NCBI GenBank assembly: GCA_010909165.1
Contig: MU008215.1
Span: 62,001-126,000, forward strand
DNA: 64,000 nt
Reading direction: 5' to 3'
Source of the DNA: Anthoceros angustus
Lineage: Eukaryota > Plantae > Anthocerotophyta
A program made the translations under genes and the position numbers. Shown in pieces: positions 12,139 to 24,767 of the stretch (position 1 is the stretch's first letter; the number at the start of each line of letters is the position of its first letter). The notes beneath the pieces are model-generated. The model was given only the letters and a program-made list of their open reading frames with translations. It did no database searches and was not told where the DNA came from.

Positions 12139-12921
12139 ATTCATTGTAAATTGCTCATCGAGTCTGACTAGAAGTGCACATCCAAAATCCTATGGCGGCA
12201 AATGCCCCTTGTTATGTGCTACAAGCATCGCCACAAACCTATTGCCCTTGTCACCACTGGGACATGCTTGATGAGACTTTGTCAAGGCCAAGCGTCCACA
12301 TTAGATATCTGGTGGATGATTTGGAAAGTTCTTATGTCGATAGTCAACACTTTTTCCTCCCTTAACACCATAGAACGTGGCCCTAGGTTGCCTGACAAAA
12401 TCGACTCGCCTGAGCAATCAAGGAGGGAGAGCGGTCTAGAGATGTAACAGTTCCAGCTAAGTTACTCACAGTCCGTCCCTTATAGTTGCCTTTAGTTCCA
12501 AAGCCTTTGCTTACCTTCATGCGTATGATGTCAAGCTCTCCTTTCACGGCCATCATGCAAAGCTGTTGAAAGTTGTTTAAAGCGTGAAACCAAAGTGTGA
12601 CATTGAGCAACAAACAATCCCAAGTGAGCAAGATTTTCAATCCATATCCGGTTAGCCACACTCGAACACAGTGGGACAACATGAACATACTGCATTACAC
12701 TCCATGGAAATGTGGACACAATAAGGATCCAACAAATGCCACAGAGCACTAAGCTCATTTATTCAAGTCTTGGAGCCCTCGGAGAATCATCCTCGCGACA
12801 CAGCGCATACACTGAATGGTCGTAAGATTGTTAGAAGGATGGGCTTACCATAAGCATTAATGCCAGATTGGCTAGCCAGACCAGGCTAGTTCAAGAATCT
12901 TCTTGAAGACTCTTGGAGGAC
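12139..12921 (+). repeat. Inverted-repeat arm X (partner 18548-19419)
   Basis: ...CAAGAATCTTCTTGAAGACTCTTGGAGGAC (to 12921) is the reverse complement of GTCCTCCAAGAGTCTTCAAGAAGATTCTTG (from 18548). Homology extends out to 12139/19419. Confidence 0.93.
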
Positions 12922-13189
12922 TATTTTCCTCCATGTACCATTAGGCTAGCGTAAGACCTTTCACAATTCCGAAAGCAAAATAAATCATTAACTTCTAACA
13001 ATCTAAGTCCTCCGAAATGGGTTGGAAAGTACTTGCACCAACAGGCAAGCACGGGAGCAATATCGGAGGTTCGGATCTGCTCACATAATGACAACCTGGG
13101 TCCTTTCAAAGTACCGTGCACAACGCAAGGGGGAGCAAAATGGAAGCTTCTCTTATCTGCTCATGCACCCCAATGCCGAGAAACTGAAC

Positions 13190-13891
13190 TTAGTAGGGCT
13201 TCTCTCAATGTAGTTCCCTGGTGGGTTGTAGCTGCAGATGATGAAGATGGAAGAATCTTGATTGTTGCACATCCCAGATGGGTTGTCGATTTCCACACAA
13301 CCTGCATGAGCCAGTCCAACAATAGTTAAACCAACCCGGAATGTGGAGGAGAATCCAAGCAGGCTCTGAGCTCGTTCCAACTGACGCAGTCGGAATAAAA
13401 GGATGAGAGGTGCACCAAGCAAGCACTTGGGTGTAACGTCCACACATCCGCCCGAGGCGCACCGTTAGTGGCGTAGTTTTAGTACTTCTCCTCACTGGTC
13501 CACGCGTGACACTGCATCACCGCGGTGGAGCGCCAGCCCCAAACAAATTCTCCCCGCCGTGGAGTGCACCAGACAGTTGTTCTGTCCTACCGGTGGTTTC
13601 CCAGGCGTAGGCTTACTATAGGGATCGCACGAGAACATGCCCGGAATGGGAGAGTCTCTTGGATCTTGGGCGACTGGGGCACGAGGAGCGCAGGGAACGG
13701 GAGAATCTCTAGGTGATTGCGAACTTGTGAACGTGGCGCGCACGTGTTCAAACCGACGTGTTCTTGACTAGACTTTGCCGGACTCTAATTAATTAATCTT
13801 AAGTTAACTCTCCTAGCTAGCTACCCTCATGCTTACAATGTTCTACACCGACACGGCCTCCGCCAAGGGATCAGCTAGCGCTTATCTCCAT
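13190..13891 (-). pseudogene. PR-1/CAP (SCP) family secreted protein, copy a, frameshifted as given
   Basis: GENLFG, EEKYxNYATN, MCGRYTQV, FIICSYNPPGNY, and a C-terminus that reconstructs to GNYIGEKPY-stop, the canonical PR-1 ending. The start codon is approximate. Confidence 0.82.
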
Positions 13892-14069
13892 CAGACTCGT
13901 GATTAACTTTGTCCTTCACGGCTAAAACCTTTCTCAATCCATGTGATAAGTTAGACGGAACAATATCATGGAAGTTTATGATTGTCATATATTTTGCTTC
14001 GTAGTTCACATTTACATATGCTAATCTCTCATTCTACCAACTACATACTATATGGGACTAAGTTCAATG

Positions 14070-14625
14070 CTAGCTCATTGGAAAGGTTATATAAATTGGC
14101 CCTTCACCGGGACCTCCATAAGTCACCCATGTTTCACCACCATTTGCATCATCTCCATTTTCTACCAACATCAAATGATGTGATCTTGTGCCTCACCCTC
14201 GCTTTGGCCCGTCTACAAGGACGCGATTTATAATACTGCTTAAAAGTTCCACCTTCATAAAGCACACATCTCTCTGATATGCTCCTCAAAATTTTGAATC
14301 CTTGAGCCAATTCCCCACTTCCCATTGGCATTGATATATCTTGTCGACCTCTCCGTCCGGACAACTTCACCTCCGAACGACAAGAAATTACTAGATTCGA
14401 CAATCCACCATCTCTAAATATATCTTTTGGCCAATATCCAACTGTTTGGCTATTTACATCTAATATCCAATCTCCGTCTTTATCCACTTCAATAGAAACT
14501 CTAAAACCTACATCACATCTTGTGTTTGAAAAGGATAACTGTATCATTGGGCTTTCACCCACAAAAATAAACCCCGAGCATTCTAAATTATAGCATCCAT
14601 CCTCATAGGAGTCCGTCATCATCAA
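14070..14625 (-). pseudogene. Duplicated last exon of the neprosin-like gene
   Basis: TDSYEDGCYNLECSGF, VGYWPKDIF, MPMGSG and the terminal TYGGPG motif; no upstream exons are attached. Confidence 0.85.
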
Positions 14626-14885
14626 CACGTTTCAAAACATAAAACACAAAACTTACAATTCAAAGCAAAATAAATCATTAACTTCTAACAATCTAAGTCC
14701 TCCGAAATGGGTTGGAAAGTACTTGCCACCAACAGTGCAAGCGAGCAATATCGGAGGTTCTGATCTGCTCACATACCCCAATGACAACCTGGGTCCTTTC
14801 AAAGTACCCGTGCACAACGCAAGCAGAGCGGGAGCAAAATGGAAGCTTCTCTTATGCTCATGCACCCCAATGCCGAGAAATGAAC

Positions 14886-15606
14886 TTAGTAGGGCTTCTC
14901 CAATGTAGTTCCCGTGGGTTGTAGCTGCAGATGATGAAGATGGAAGAATCTTTATTGATTGTTGCACATCCCATGGGTTGTCGATTTCCACACAACCTGC
15001 ATGAGCTGCCGGTCAACAATAGTTAAACCAACCCGGAATGTGGAGGAGAATCCAAGCAGCTCCTGCGAGCTCGTTCCAATCGCGACGCAATGAATAAAAG
15101 GATGAGAGCGAGTGCACCAAGCAACACTTGGGTGTAACGTCCACACATCCGCCCGAGGCGCACCGTTAGTGGCGTAGTTTTAGTACTTCTCCTCAGTCCA
15201 CCGCCTGCATCACCGCGGTGGGCGCCAATAGCCCCAGAACAAATTCTCCCGTCTGGTGCAAGATTGCAGTTCGTTGTCTGTCCCACGGTGGTTTCTAACG
15301 CGGACGTAGGCTTACTGGCAGGGATCGCTTGAGAACATGCTGAATGGGAGAGTCTCTTGGATCTTGGGCGACGGGGCACGAGGCTGCAAGCCCGAACGGA
15401 GAATCTCTAGGTGATTGCGAACTTGTGAACGTGGCTGTCGCGCACGTGTTCAAACCGACGTGTTCTTGACTAGACTTTGCCGGACTCTAATTAATTAATC
15501 TTAAGTTAGTCTCTCAAGCGACTCCTAGCTAGCTACCCTCATGCTTACGCCTATGTTCTACACCGCCGGCCCTCCGCCCAGGATCGATAGCTCAGTTATT
15601 CTCCAT
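14886..15606 (-). pseudogene. PR-1/CAP family, copy b
   Basis: Second unit of the tandem duplication; MCGRYTQV and GNYIGE motifs. Confidence 0.8.
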
Positions 15607-15781
15607 CGTAGACTCGTGATTAACTTTGTCCTTCACGGCTAAAACCTTTCTCAATCCATGATAAGTTAGACGGAACAATATCATGGAAGTTTATGATTGT
15701 CATATATTTTGCTTCGAGTTCACATTTACATATGCTAATCTCATTCTACCAACTACATACTATACGGGACTAAGTTCAATG

Positions 15782-17771
15782 CTAGCTCATTGGAAAGGTT
15801 ATATAGAATTGGCGGCCCTTCACCAGACCTCCATAAGTCACCCATGTTTCACCACCATTTGCATCATCTCCATTTTCACCCAATCGTAAATGAGATCTTG
15901 TGCCTCACCCTCGTTTGGCCGTCTACAAGGACGCGATTTATAATCTGATTAAAAGTTCCACCTTCATAGAGCACACATCTCTCCTGATATGCTCCTCAAA
16001 ATTTTGAATCCTTGAGCGAATTCCCCACTTCCATTGGCATTGATATATCTTGTCGACCTCTCCGGTCCGGACAACTTCACCTCCGAGCAAAAATTACTAG
16101 ATTCGACAATCCACCATCTCTAAATATATCTTTTGGCCAATATCCAACTGTTTGGCTATTTACATCTAATACCCAATCTCTCTTTATCCACTTCAATAGA
16201 AACTCTAAAACCTACATCCAGATCTTGTGTTTGAAAAGGATAAGGTATCATTGGGCTTTCACCCACAAAAATAAACCCCGAGCATTCTAAATTATAGCAT
16301 CCATCCTCATAGGAGTCCGTCTGTCATCAACACGTTTCAAAACATAAAACACAAAACTTACAATTCAAAGTACAAGATTGTAATTTCAATAAGGAGGTAT
16401 AGAAAATTTAAATCACCGTCCAAAATATAAAAAATGTGTGGTCTTCATTTCCCGTACGCATTACTATATGGATACACCTATCGAATACCACAACTTAAAA
16501 TTTACAAATGCATACTATAGATCTCGAAATGAAAGCAAGATAAAATTACAACACTTACGTGCCATCCAACTTCCATTGATTGATGAATGCTTCCATAATT
16601 TTGCACCCATATTTGTCCATTTGAGAAATCATTTTCATCATAAGATCTCACTGGTGGTTGATAAACATTCATTGTTGTAGCTATTCCGTAGGCTTGTGAA
16701 GCCGTCATCAAACGATCTCAAATCCATTAACCCAATTTGCCGCCCAAAGTCAAAAGGTACAAGGTAGTCAATTCTATATTTATTTCTAAAAGATCAACAT
16801 TAGTCCACAATAATATGTATATCCATACATGGATCTATGTGTGCAAATGTATTCAATATTTCTACCATCTCGAACGATTGAAAGTTAAAAGACAACATGA
16901 CATATATGTTTGTACGCAAACACTCAACTAGAAAACTTACCCAACGATCGCGGGAGGTCGGTCATCAATGTTTTTAGAACTCGACGACCATTGCTAAAAT
17001 AGGTAGACCTGCTTAAGAGATCGCTCTCGCCCAAAATCAATTCGCTCGGATGTATCACCGAGCTATAGGAACACATCCCGGAGGACAACGTCCAACCTCT
17101 TTTTGAAACACAGTAGATATAGTCATGTTTGGGTGCTTATTTTCAAAACCTTTAGAAAGCAATGAAGTACTTTTCTTAAGTCCATTCTTCTGTATGTAGC
17201 ATCACAATGAAAACATTAGAATATCATTTTAAGACATATCCAATCTCCTTTATAGAGCATCCTCCTTCACAAAGCATTACAGTGGCACTGGAAATATGAG
17301 ACATGGTTTAAGACATCTACATGCATCAAGGTCATCAATCCAAATATTGAATAAAAACTGGTGTAGATGAATTTTTAACCTTATAATGTTCCCTTATAAT
17401 AGGATCTTGGAAACTGAGTTGATCTTCAAATTTTACACAATCAATAATGCTGCTGTCTGAAAGCTGTCATAAAAATTATTGTCAAAAAGGGGAAAAATGA
17501 AGACGTTTATGAACTCTTATCAATAATTACCATTACCCTTATTATATTCTTAAAACAGTATAAAAAAAGAGCAAAACCAACATGTACATATTGTATAAGA
17601 CTTCACAAATGGTCGATTGATAACATGCATAGCCTTGGGAATATTCTCAGACGATAAAACCTGCTTGACTGAACTCTTGAATTCGTTGTCATGATGATCA
17701 TTGAAAAACAAAATCAATGATAATACCAATATGATAAAGGAAGATATCACCGAGCCCACCCATAATGCCAT
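15782..17771 (-). CDS. Neprosin-family (DUF239 plus activation peptide) secreted prolyl endopeptidase-like gene, ~6 exons, indels as given
   Basis: Signal peptide MALWVGSVISSFIILVLSLILFF. Propeptide motifs INRPFVKSY, IIDCVKFEDQLSFQDP (~17390-17450) and GRCPPGCVPIAR (~17060-17095). Catalytic domain YGIATTMNVYQP...QIWV...SMEVGWHV, FFIFWT, GCYNLECSGF and MGSG. AT-rich introns lie between these blocks. Confidence 0.85.
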
Positions 17772-18547
17772 GATCGAACTAGTAAATTCTATAACAAGTA
17801 TTAAAACTCACACCCCTCTATCTACAAATGAACTACACATCTATGTACATATATAGAGAAACCACCGAGAATATCATAGATTCAACTCGAGAACCCGGGG
17901 TCAATTCTTCTAAAAATTATTGGGTTAGTAATGCCCACAAACCTCTTTAACAAGGAACAGGAAGCTCTTGCCGATGCAAAAGCTAGTAGGCATGTGTCGA
18001 CACGCTATACGTGAGATTTTTCTTGTAATACGTAATGGAGAACGCACCCATGTATGTGTAGGAACTTGGTCGTTTTAACATGAGCGCTCTTGTCTCATTC
18101 TAGCTCGCCCATCACAAGACGCAATCCGCGATTTTGTGTGCTCACATGGGTGCATATGTTAAGAATGGAGGACTGTACTCACTTACTATGAGGGGTTAAT
18201 GTTTAATTAATAGTCATCTATTGAATAGTCACATCGCTTTGGGTTATGGTCACTGAACATCCTAGATCGGATTTACCATCCTAAAATACCTTTCTCTTGC
18301 CTATTTTCCTATCCCATTTCGCTTGTAATTAATTACTTCCTAATTAATATATCCTCATTAAGTATTCCCTATTTTAACTGCTTATCTAGTTCCTCAAAAC
18401 TTGGACTTGAATCTCCTAGTAAGTCCTTTTGCATGCATGTTTACAAGTTGGTCTTATCGGTGTTCGTGACTGCTGATATAGTCTATGATGCCACAGTAGG
18501 ATTTATAGTCGACTTGTGTCCCCGTAGTCCCTACTCTAGGATACTCC

Positions 18548-19419
18548 GTCCTCCAAGAGTCTTCAAGAAGATTCTTGAACTAGCTTCCTGCAGCTACCGC
18601 CGGCATTAATGCTGTATGGTAATCCTTCTAACAATCTTACGACCATTCGGTGTTGTCGGCGATTGTGTCGTTACATTTGAGGATACCGAGGGCTCCAAGA
18701 CTTGAATAAATGAGCTTCGTGCTCAGGCATTTGTTGGATCCTTATTGTGTCCACAATTTCCATGGAGTGTAGTACAATATGTTCATGTTGTCCCTCATGT
18801 TCGAGTGTAGCTAACCGGATATGGATTGAAAATCTTGCTCACTTGGGATTGTTTGTTGCTCAATGTCCTGCTTGGTTTCCTTTCATGCCTTAGTATAGCT
18901 TACGCATGATGGCCGTATGAAAGGGAGAGCTTGACATCGATTCGGCATGAAGGTAGCAAAGGCTTTGGAACTAAAGACTGGTTATCTCAAAGCAATCAAC
19001 ATGCTCTTCATGAACAAGGAAGAGAAACAAGACTTGAATAGAGCAAGGACGTCCCTGTGCAACTATAAGGGACAATCGTAAGTAACTTAGTCGGAACTGT
19101 CACTTCTACTGCAGAGATCGCTTCCTCCTTGATTGCTCGTGCTTTCGATTTTGTCGGGCAAACCTAGGGCCACGTTTTTGGTGTTAAGGAGGAAAAACCG
19201 GTTGACTATCGACATAAGAACTTTCCAAATCATCCAAACCAGATCTAATGTGGACGCCAGGCCTTGACAAAGTCTCATCAAGCATGTCCTGTGTGGTGAC
19301 AAGGGCAATAGTTTGTGGCGATGCTTGTAGCACATAACAAGGGCATTTGCCGCCATAGGATTTTGGATGTGCACTTCTAGTCGAGAAATTTAGACTCAAT
19401 GAGCAATTTACTAATGAAT
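18548..19419 (-). repeat. Inverted-repeat arm X' (partner 12139-12921)
   Basis: Reverse complement of arm X, and it retains ~82 bp (18977-19058) that arm X lacks. Confidence 0.93.
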
Positions 19420-20439
19420 TTAGGTAGATACAAATCAATTAAACAATAATTACAATCAATTGAACATACATTAAACTATGCATGCTATGAAAAACAACTT
19501 AAGTCACTTATGAAACATCGTGACTAATCAAACGACGTAACCCTAATGAAAAGGCATGTTACTAAATATTTTAACTTAACTAAACCATCGAACCCTAATC
19601 ATCTACCCAACACACATATTCCTTTACTCCCACTTGTTGGTAATGATTTCTGCAGCTGCCTGAGGATATCCAAGAGATTTGATTCAAATGTTTCACTTTC
19701 AAGCTCCATAGCCATCATCTCCTCAGACTGACACGCCTCGATTCCCCACAATCTGAACAAGATGCTATGTGCTAGTGAAGCCAGAGATGTGTGGCTCTTA
19801 TAATGGCGTTTTTCATTTCACCTCACTCCCGAGCACCGCAACACAGATCGCTTTCTTCTCACCACCATGGCTTCCTCGACCGCGACTATGAGCCTAGTCC
19901 TAAGCGCCACCTACACGAGATTCCAAGGGCGGTTTGCCGCTAGGACAACTACCACCTTGGAGCTTCAACACCGATCCGCAAAAGGTGCTAAGCTGGGAGT
20001 AGGGAGGCCAAGGCACCACTAAAGAGTCTCTGGGCAATGGGTGAGTCCGCTGCACTCGTGCATGCGACATGGGTGGCCCTTCGCCCCACTGCCCAAGGCA
20101 AGAGCCGTCATGAATCAAATTTCAATTTTGCCTATTCTGATGATGAGTCTCGCCTGCCCAATTTGTGTTCCCTAGGCCATGAGAAGAGTTAGCACGCATA
20201 TCCAGAAACTCATCCTAGTCAGCCACGAGCACACAGAAGCATCCGTGAGAACCTTTCCTGCTCACTACTGTTATTTTGTCTTGTAATCTCTCACGCTTCT
20301 ATCTCCTAGGAAGTACTATCATAAAGAGGTGTTTAGGATTCCTAGCACCGTTAAAAATCCTTGAAATCCTTCCTTGTGAAGGTGAACTACGAACCTTCTT
20401 GGCTTAAACCGTAAGTATTCATGAGAAAATAACATGGTC

Positions 20440-21450
20440 AATGCTTTCGGTACATGTCTAAAGAGTGGTTTTGCTAAAGATGATGCATTTTGCTTTCGGT
20501 CATTTTTGGTCTTTAGGACCCAAACCCCTTTAATGGAGAATAACCCCTACGAGAGACGCTGCTCCTAGCATCACAGTGGGTGTAACATGCTTTGGCCTTA
20601 TTTTGGGAGTGGCTATGGGAAGGGAGAGCACGATGGTGCTGGTGCCATTTTGAAGCATGCCCTTCTGCTGCAGAGTCGTCCTCACAACCGCCGTATGCAA
20701 ATGCAGCAGATGTGGTGGAGTACCCGCAACAAAACATATTTGGTGGCGCAGCCTCCTCTTATGCAAGCACGAGCATGGGGTTCATGTGTTTCGCTCATTG
20801 AAGAATGAGGTTAACCGAGAAACCAGCTTTGGGTGTGATTCCATCCTAGGATCTATATGCATGCCTGTATGTCAGTAACATGAATGACCCTACACAATCA
20901 CAACGCGGAGCCCTTGCCTCGCTTTGTGCCGATTGTATGGAGAGTTAACCATACGCCTTTAAACGGTGCCTCGGCCGGGTCTTGGAGAACTTTTAAGATC
21001 AAACCGCATGGACAGTTGTCGTCCCGATTGACTCTCGACAAGCAACAAACCAGCCTATTCCATTGCTCACACTTTCTAAACCCCTCCTTCCACTTGTTCC
21101 GCAGTGAGGCCGAGATGAGGATGCTGATGTCCCTGAGATGGCGATTTCCCAGAAGTTGGCTACACTTTTGTTCTCAAGATCAAGATGAAGGGGTTGAGTA
21201 TTACTTGTTGAAGTGGACCAAGGCCAAGCACACCGATGGAGTCTCAGATTGCCTTTGAGTAAAACAACCTCCGTCAAGTGAAGTGGTTGCCCGACAAGAC
21301 TACTTGTTGCACCTGAGTCGATGTGTTGATTTGCCGTTGATCTAGAGGATCAGCAGTGCAATCAGCGTGATATGTGTTGGCCATACAAGACATGGGCACA
21401 ATGGATCAATGTATTCACATGCTTTCATGCCCATAAGTCAATGACATTAT
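20440..21450 (+). pseudogene. DDE transposase-like remnant (HGKGxxDGxG family, Sola2-like)
   Basis: WPYFGSGYGKGEHDGAGAILKHAL (from 20587), NAADVVEY, VNRETSFGCDSILGS, LCADC...SWRTFKIKP and DEGVEYYLLK. The superfamily call comes from motif recall, not from a search. Confidence 0.6.
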
Positions 21451-22651
21451 TAGCAAGTGGGGTTAGTGGAAGAAAGGTGGGAAATGTGTCATGTGTACAT
21501 GCTTATTGTGTTTATGGCGGTGGTAAGGCTTGGTGATTTTATTTCTATGTGGATGCAGGAGATGTTGCCCGTACACAATTGTCACGAAAGTACATCACAT
21601 AATGACATGTTTTGAGAAATGTCATTTCCCTGGCAAGTGGAAGATGCCTTAAGGCCTGATGCCAGATAGCTTAGAGGAGATAGGGTTTCTTTTCACATCA
21701 GGAGGTATTTGCACATACATGTGCGTGCCTGTCTGTACAACTTCCCTATCCATGGCTTTGCCAAAGTGCGCCTGTGTTTTCTGTAAATTTGAACACCATT
21801 TGATTGTCTATTTAGCTATGTCCACACGGTGTAGTATTCAAAAGACCCAATGGGATGGGAACTTCACACACCAATCTATGGACCAATCACAGATGGATCT
21901 TGTTGTCATTATGCTCATCTCCCATATTTGCTCCAAATTATCATGGTGAATGGAGGGCTGATTCGTGTGCTTCTGTGTGCTTTCGTGGGCCCCCCCGTGC
22001 CAAGAGGCTACAGAGTCCCCATATGTGGGCATTGATTACTTTGTCCCGTTTCCAGGATCTGACCATTTGAATCCATTTCAGTGGCCTCGTGCATAGTCGT
22101 GCCCTTCCTCCCGGTAAATCTTACACGAAGTCCTCCACCACTGTTGATATTGCAAGCCCTCTCGTTTTCTTCACATTGCGACCGCATCCTCCATATCCAT
22201 GGCATGTGTTGAAGCGCCTTCGGTTGGTCAATCGAACCTAGCCGGAGGGGAGGTGGAATTGTTAGGGTGCCACTCTCTTGGCTATAATTGTACAATCGGA
22301 GGTGTTTCGGTGGCCGCAAATACTTGCATCGTATGGAAAGGGCACAGGCTCGAAAGCGGTATTGGTTGAAGATGCGAGATCTGTGGATGGCGCCGTACGA
22401 GAAGGCAACGCCCGCCTGTTGGAGTCGGGAATGGTACGCTTACCACTTGGCCGCCAAGCAACCCAATTTGCAATCGCAGTGCGTGAGGGCATGGCGGCCA
22501 GGCTGGCTGCCGAGTCTTCTTTGGATGAGTGCGACGGGTGATTACGGTTGTGTGGTGGATTGAGAAGATGAAGGAAGACTTGGGAGCTTTCTTTCCGCAA
22601 GGAAGACTAAGAACGTGGTAGGAAGAGTGGGGGCTAGAGGCCGGAGGTTGT

Positions 22652-24767
22652 TGTGGAATGGGTTTTTGCATCCGAAGGCAGAGGCCACATTTACCCTCTA
22701 TGTCGTTATAGTCCTAGGATTCGATCCCAAGGAATGGTTTTGTGTCAAGATGTTCTAAAACTATGGGTTCTAGTCCTCCTACAATCGGTTCCTACCATAA
22801 TCAACTACTGTAGCCACGACCATGGTAAGTTCGGCCACCACCGTGGTGGATTCGCCACCGCGGTGGATTCCGCCACCGCCGTGGTGGATTCCGCCACGCC
22901 GTGGTGGATTCCGCCACCGCCGTGGTGGTTTGGCGCGATGGGCGACCAGCCACGTGGTGGGACCCACCCGGCCCGGCGCGCGTCGCGACTATTTGGCGCC
23001 CGGTTCCCCACGCTTGTTAAGGGCTATGGTCCTATGCACTGCAGTTCACATGTACACCAAGTCACACTCATGTGGATTCACCCGAGCTCCTTGGTGGATC
23101 ACCATGGCCCGCCGCGTCGGCACCTCACTCCGTCGCTAATTTCCTCGACCCCACAATTTATTCCCAACCTTCCTCGGCGTTCCGCATTTTCGGACTCTCG
23201 CGCTCACCACTTCCTAGACTCCTCTTCACACAACGACTCACTCACCCCCTTTCTTCCGGACCTCATACACCACCGCGATGTTCCCACAGATCCTCCTCTC
23301 TCGCCACCAGACCCCTCTTGGGCCACAGACCTCTCTTGGGCCACAGACCCTCCCTCTCTTGGGCCACAGACCCCTCACCACAGACCCCTCTTGGGCCACA
23401 CAGACCTCTCTTGGGCCACACGGACCCCTCCTTGGGCCAGACCCTCCTTGGGATTAGACACAATCAGGTTAGGCAGGTTGGGAAAGGAAAAAAAGCTGGT
23501 CGGCTCCACAGGCGATTCGCACACCAATCTCACCCGGTCCCTGCGAATTTCCCTCTCTGGCATGCATTGAGCACCCTTCACCACTAGTCACCCGGACGGA
23601 GCTTGGTCACTCGGCTCTCGACCATCCGAGGATCTCCCGGCCCTCTTGTGAGGAGGACACACGAATCGGCCCATCATCGATCGGATGTCTCCAACCAACC
23701 AGCACAAATTCGACACGGGAGCTCACACGAAATTGTCTAGAGAGGCGAAGGGTCTCTTATACATCGGCAGCGCATAGCTCACTTTCCCGGTGTCTAAAGA
23801 TGGCTAACCTACCTCCGGTGTCTAAAGATGGCTAACCTACACAGCGCGCCTACCAATTCGGGTATCTATTCACAAGCTTCCTAGCACCTTATCCTCTAAT
23901 CCAAGTGAAAGCCTCGACCTATGATGCGCCCCCTCTAAAATCAGCGCCGCCTCCACGCCCTAGCCCTGCGCCCATGGGTGTTCCTCGCTCTCCTACCACG
24001 CCTCGATCCGAAGATCCTCCCTTAATATCTCCACCTCACTTCTATCCGAGGTCCCTTCACTCCTCCTAGGAGGTGCCGCCCGTCTGCGCCGTTCCTCGCT
24101 CCTCATGGGCGGCCAAGCGCGTTCCTCCATCCACGCTCTAGCCTCCGCCTTGCTCATTTCCTCGAGCACAACTGTGAAGGGTATGCCCGGCTCCTATGGA
24201 CAATCACAGGCGCTTCACGGAATCGAGGGGTTGCATCCCCTCCTCTGAGCTCGATGGTGGCTTCCCCACCTTGGGTCCTTCTTCCGACGATGGCGGCTCC
24301 ACCACCGTGGTGGTGCTTCCGGTGGGGCTCCACCACCGTGGTGGCTGCTTCCCCAGCGGTGGTGTTTCAATTGCGGTGCTACTTCTTGATTTGCCTCTCT
24401 CTTGACCACAGCCTAGCCTCACCTCTCTCCCGCTTATACCTCTCCGCTAGCTTCTGAACTTCTCCGAGGTGCAGGCGTCTCCACTTGTTCACAGGCCCCT
24501 GTTCTTTGAATGAAGGATCCCCACCTTATATAGACAATTTTATTCCTAAAATCCCAAGGTCCAAGGACCTTCTAACGAGACATTCACGGGTTCGAGGCCC
24601 AAGGACTAATTATTTGTAAAGTAATATTGTCATGGGCCAAGGACCACTTTTAGTATAAAGGCCTTGCCTCGGACATTTCCTAAGCACTCCATCACACAAA
24701 ACATAAGAAAACAAAAAAACATTCAAACCAACAATCCGAGGAGGTTAGTGTCATGTGGTCTTCCACA
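22652..24767 (-). repeat. 3' LTR, short family A
   Basis: Direct repeat of 26822-28950, adjacent to the PPT. Confidence 0.93.

Larger units (their letters stand above)
12976..16370. repeat. Tandem duplication (~1.7 kb x2) inside cassette copy 1
   Basis: Units are 12976-14665 and 14666-16370, with junction microhomology ACAATTC(CG)AAAG. Cassette copy 2 has only one unit. Confidence 0.92.
12922..18547. mobile_element. Cargo cassette, copy 1 (PR-1-like and neprosin-like genes) with an internal 1.7 kb tandem duplication
   Basis: Collinear with 30727-34555 from TTTCCT..TGTACCATTAGGCTAGC to CTCTAGG..ATACTC, while the flanks differ. No TIR or transposase is visible. Confidence 0.7.

Noticed and set aside
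18500-18547. Helitron 3' end for the cassette
   Set aside because: A CTAG and a weak hairpin are present, but both copies continue through GATACTC, and there is no A|T target.
12139-19419. Pack-MULE or foldback element with long TIRs around the cassette
   Set aside because: The arms are coding-like, differ between the two cassette copies, and show no outer TSD. The sharp conserved boundary is at the inner ends.
22653-23570. 305-aa ORF, plus similar ORFs at 26922-27635, 47821-48528 and 58898-59371
   Set aside because: These are stop-poor frames produced by GC-rich LTR motif arrays; the 22653 and 26922 frames are not maintained between the paired LTRs.
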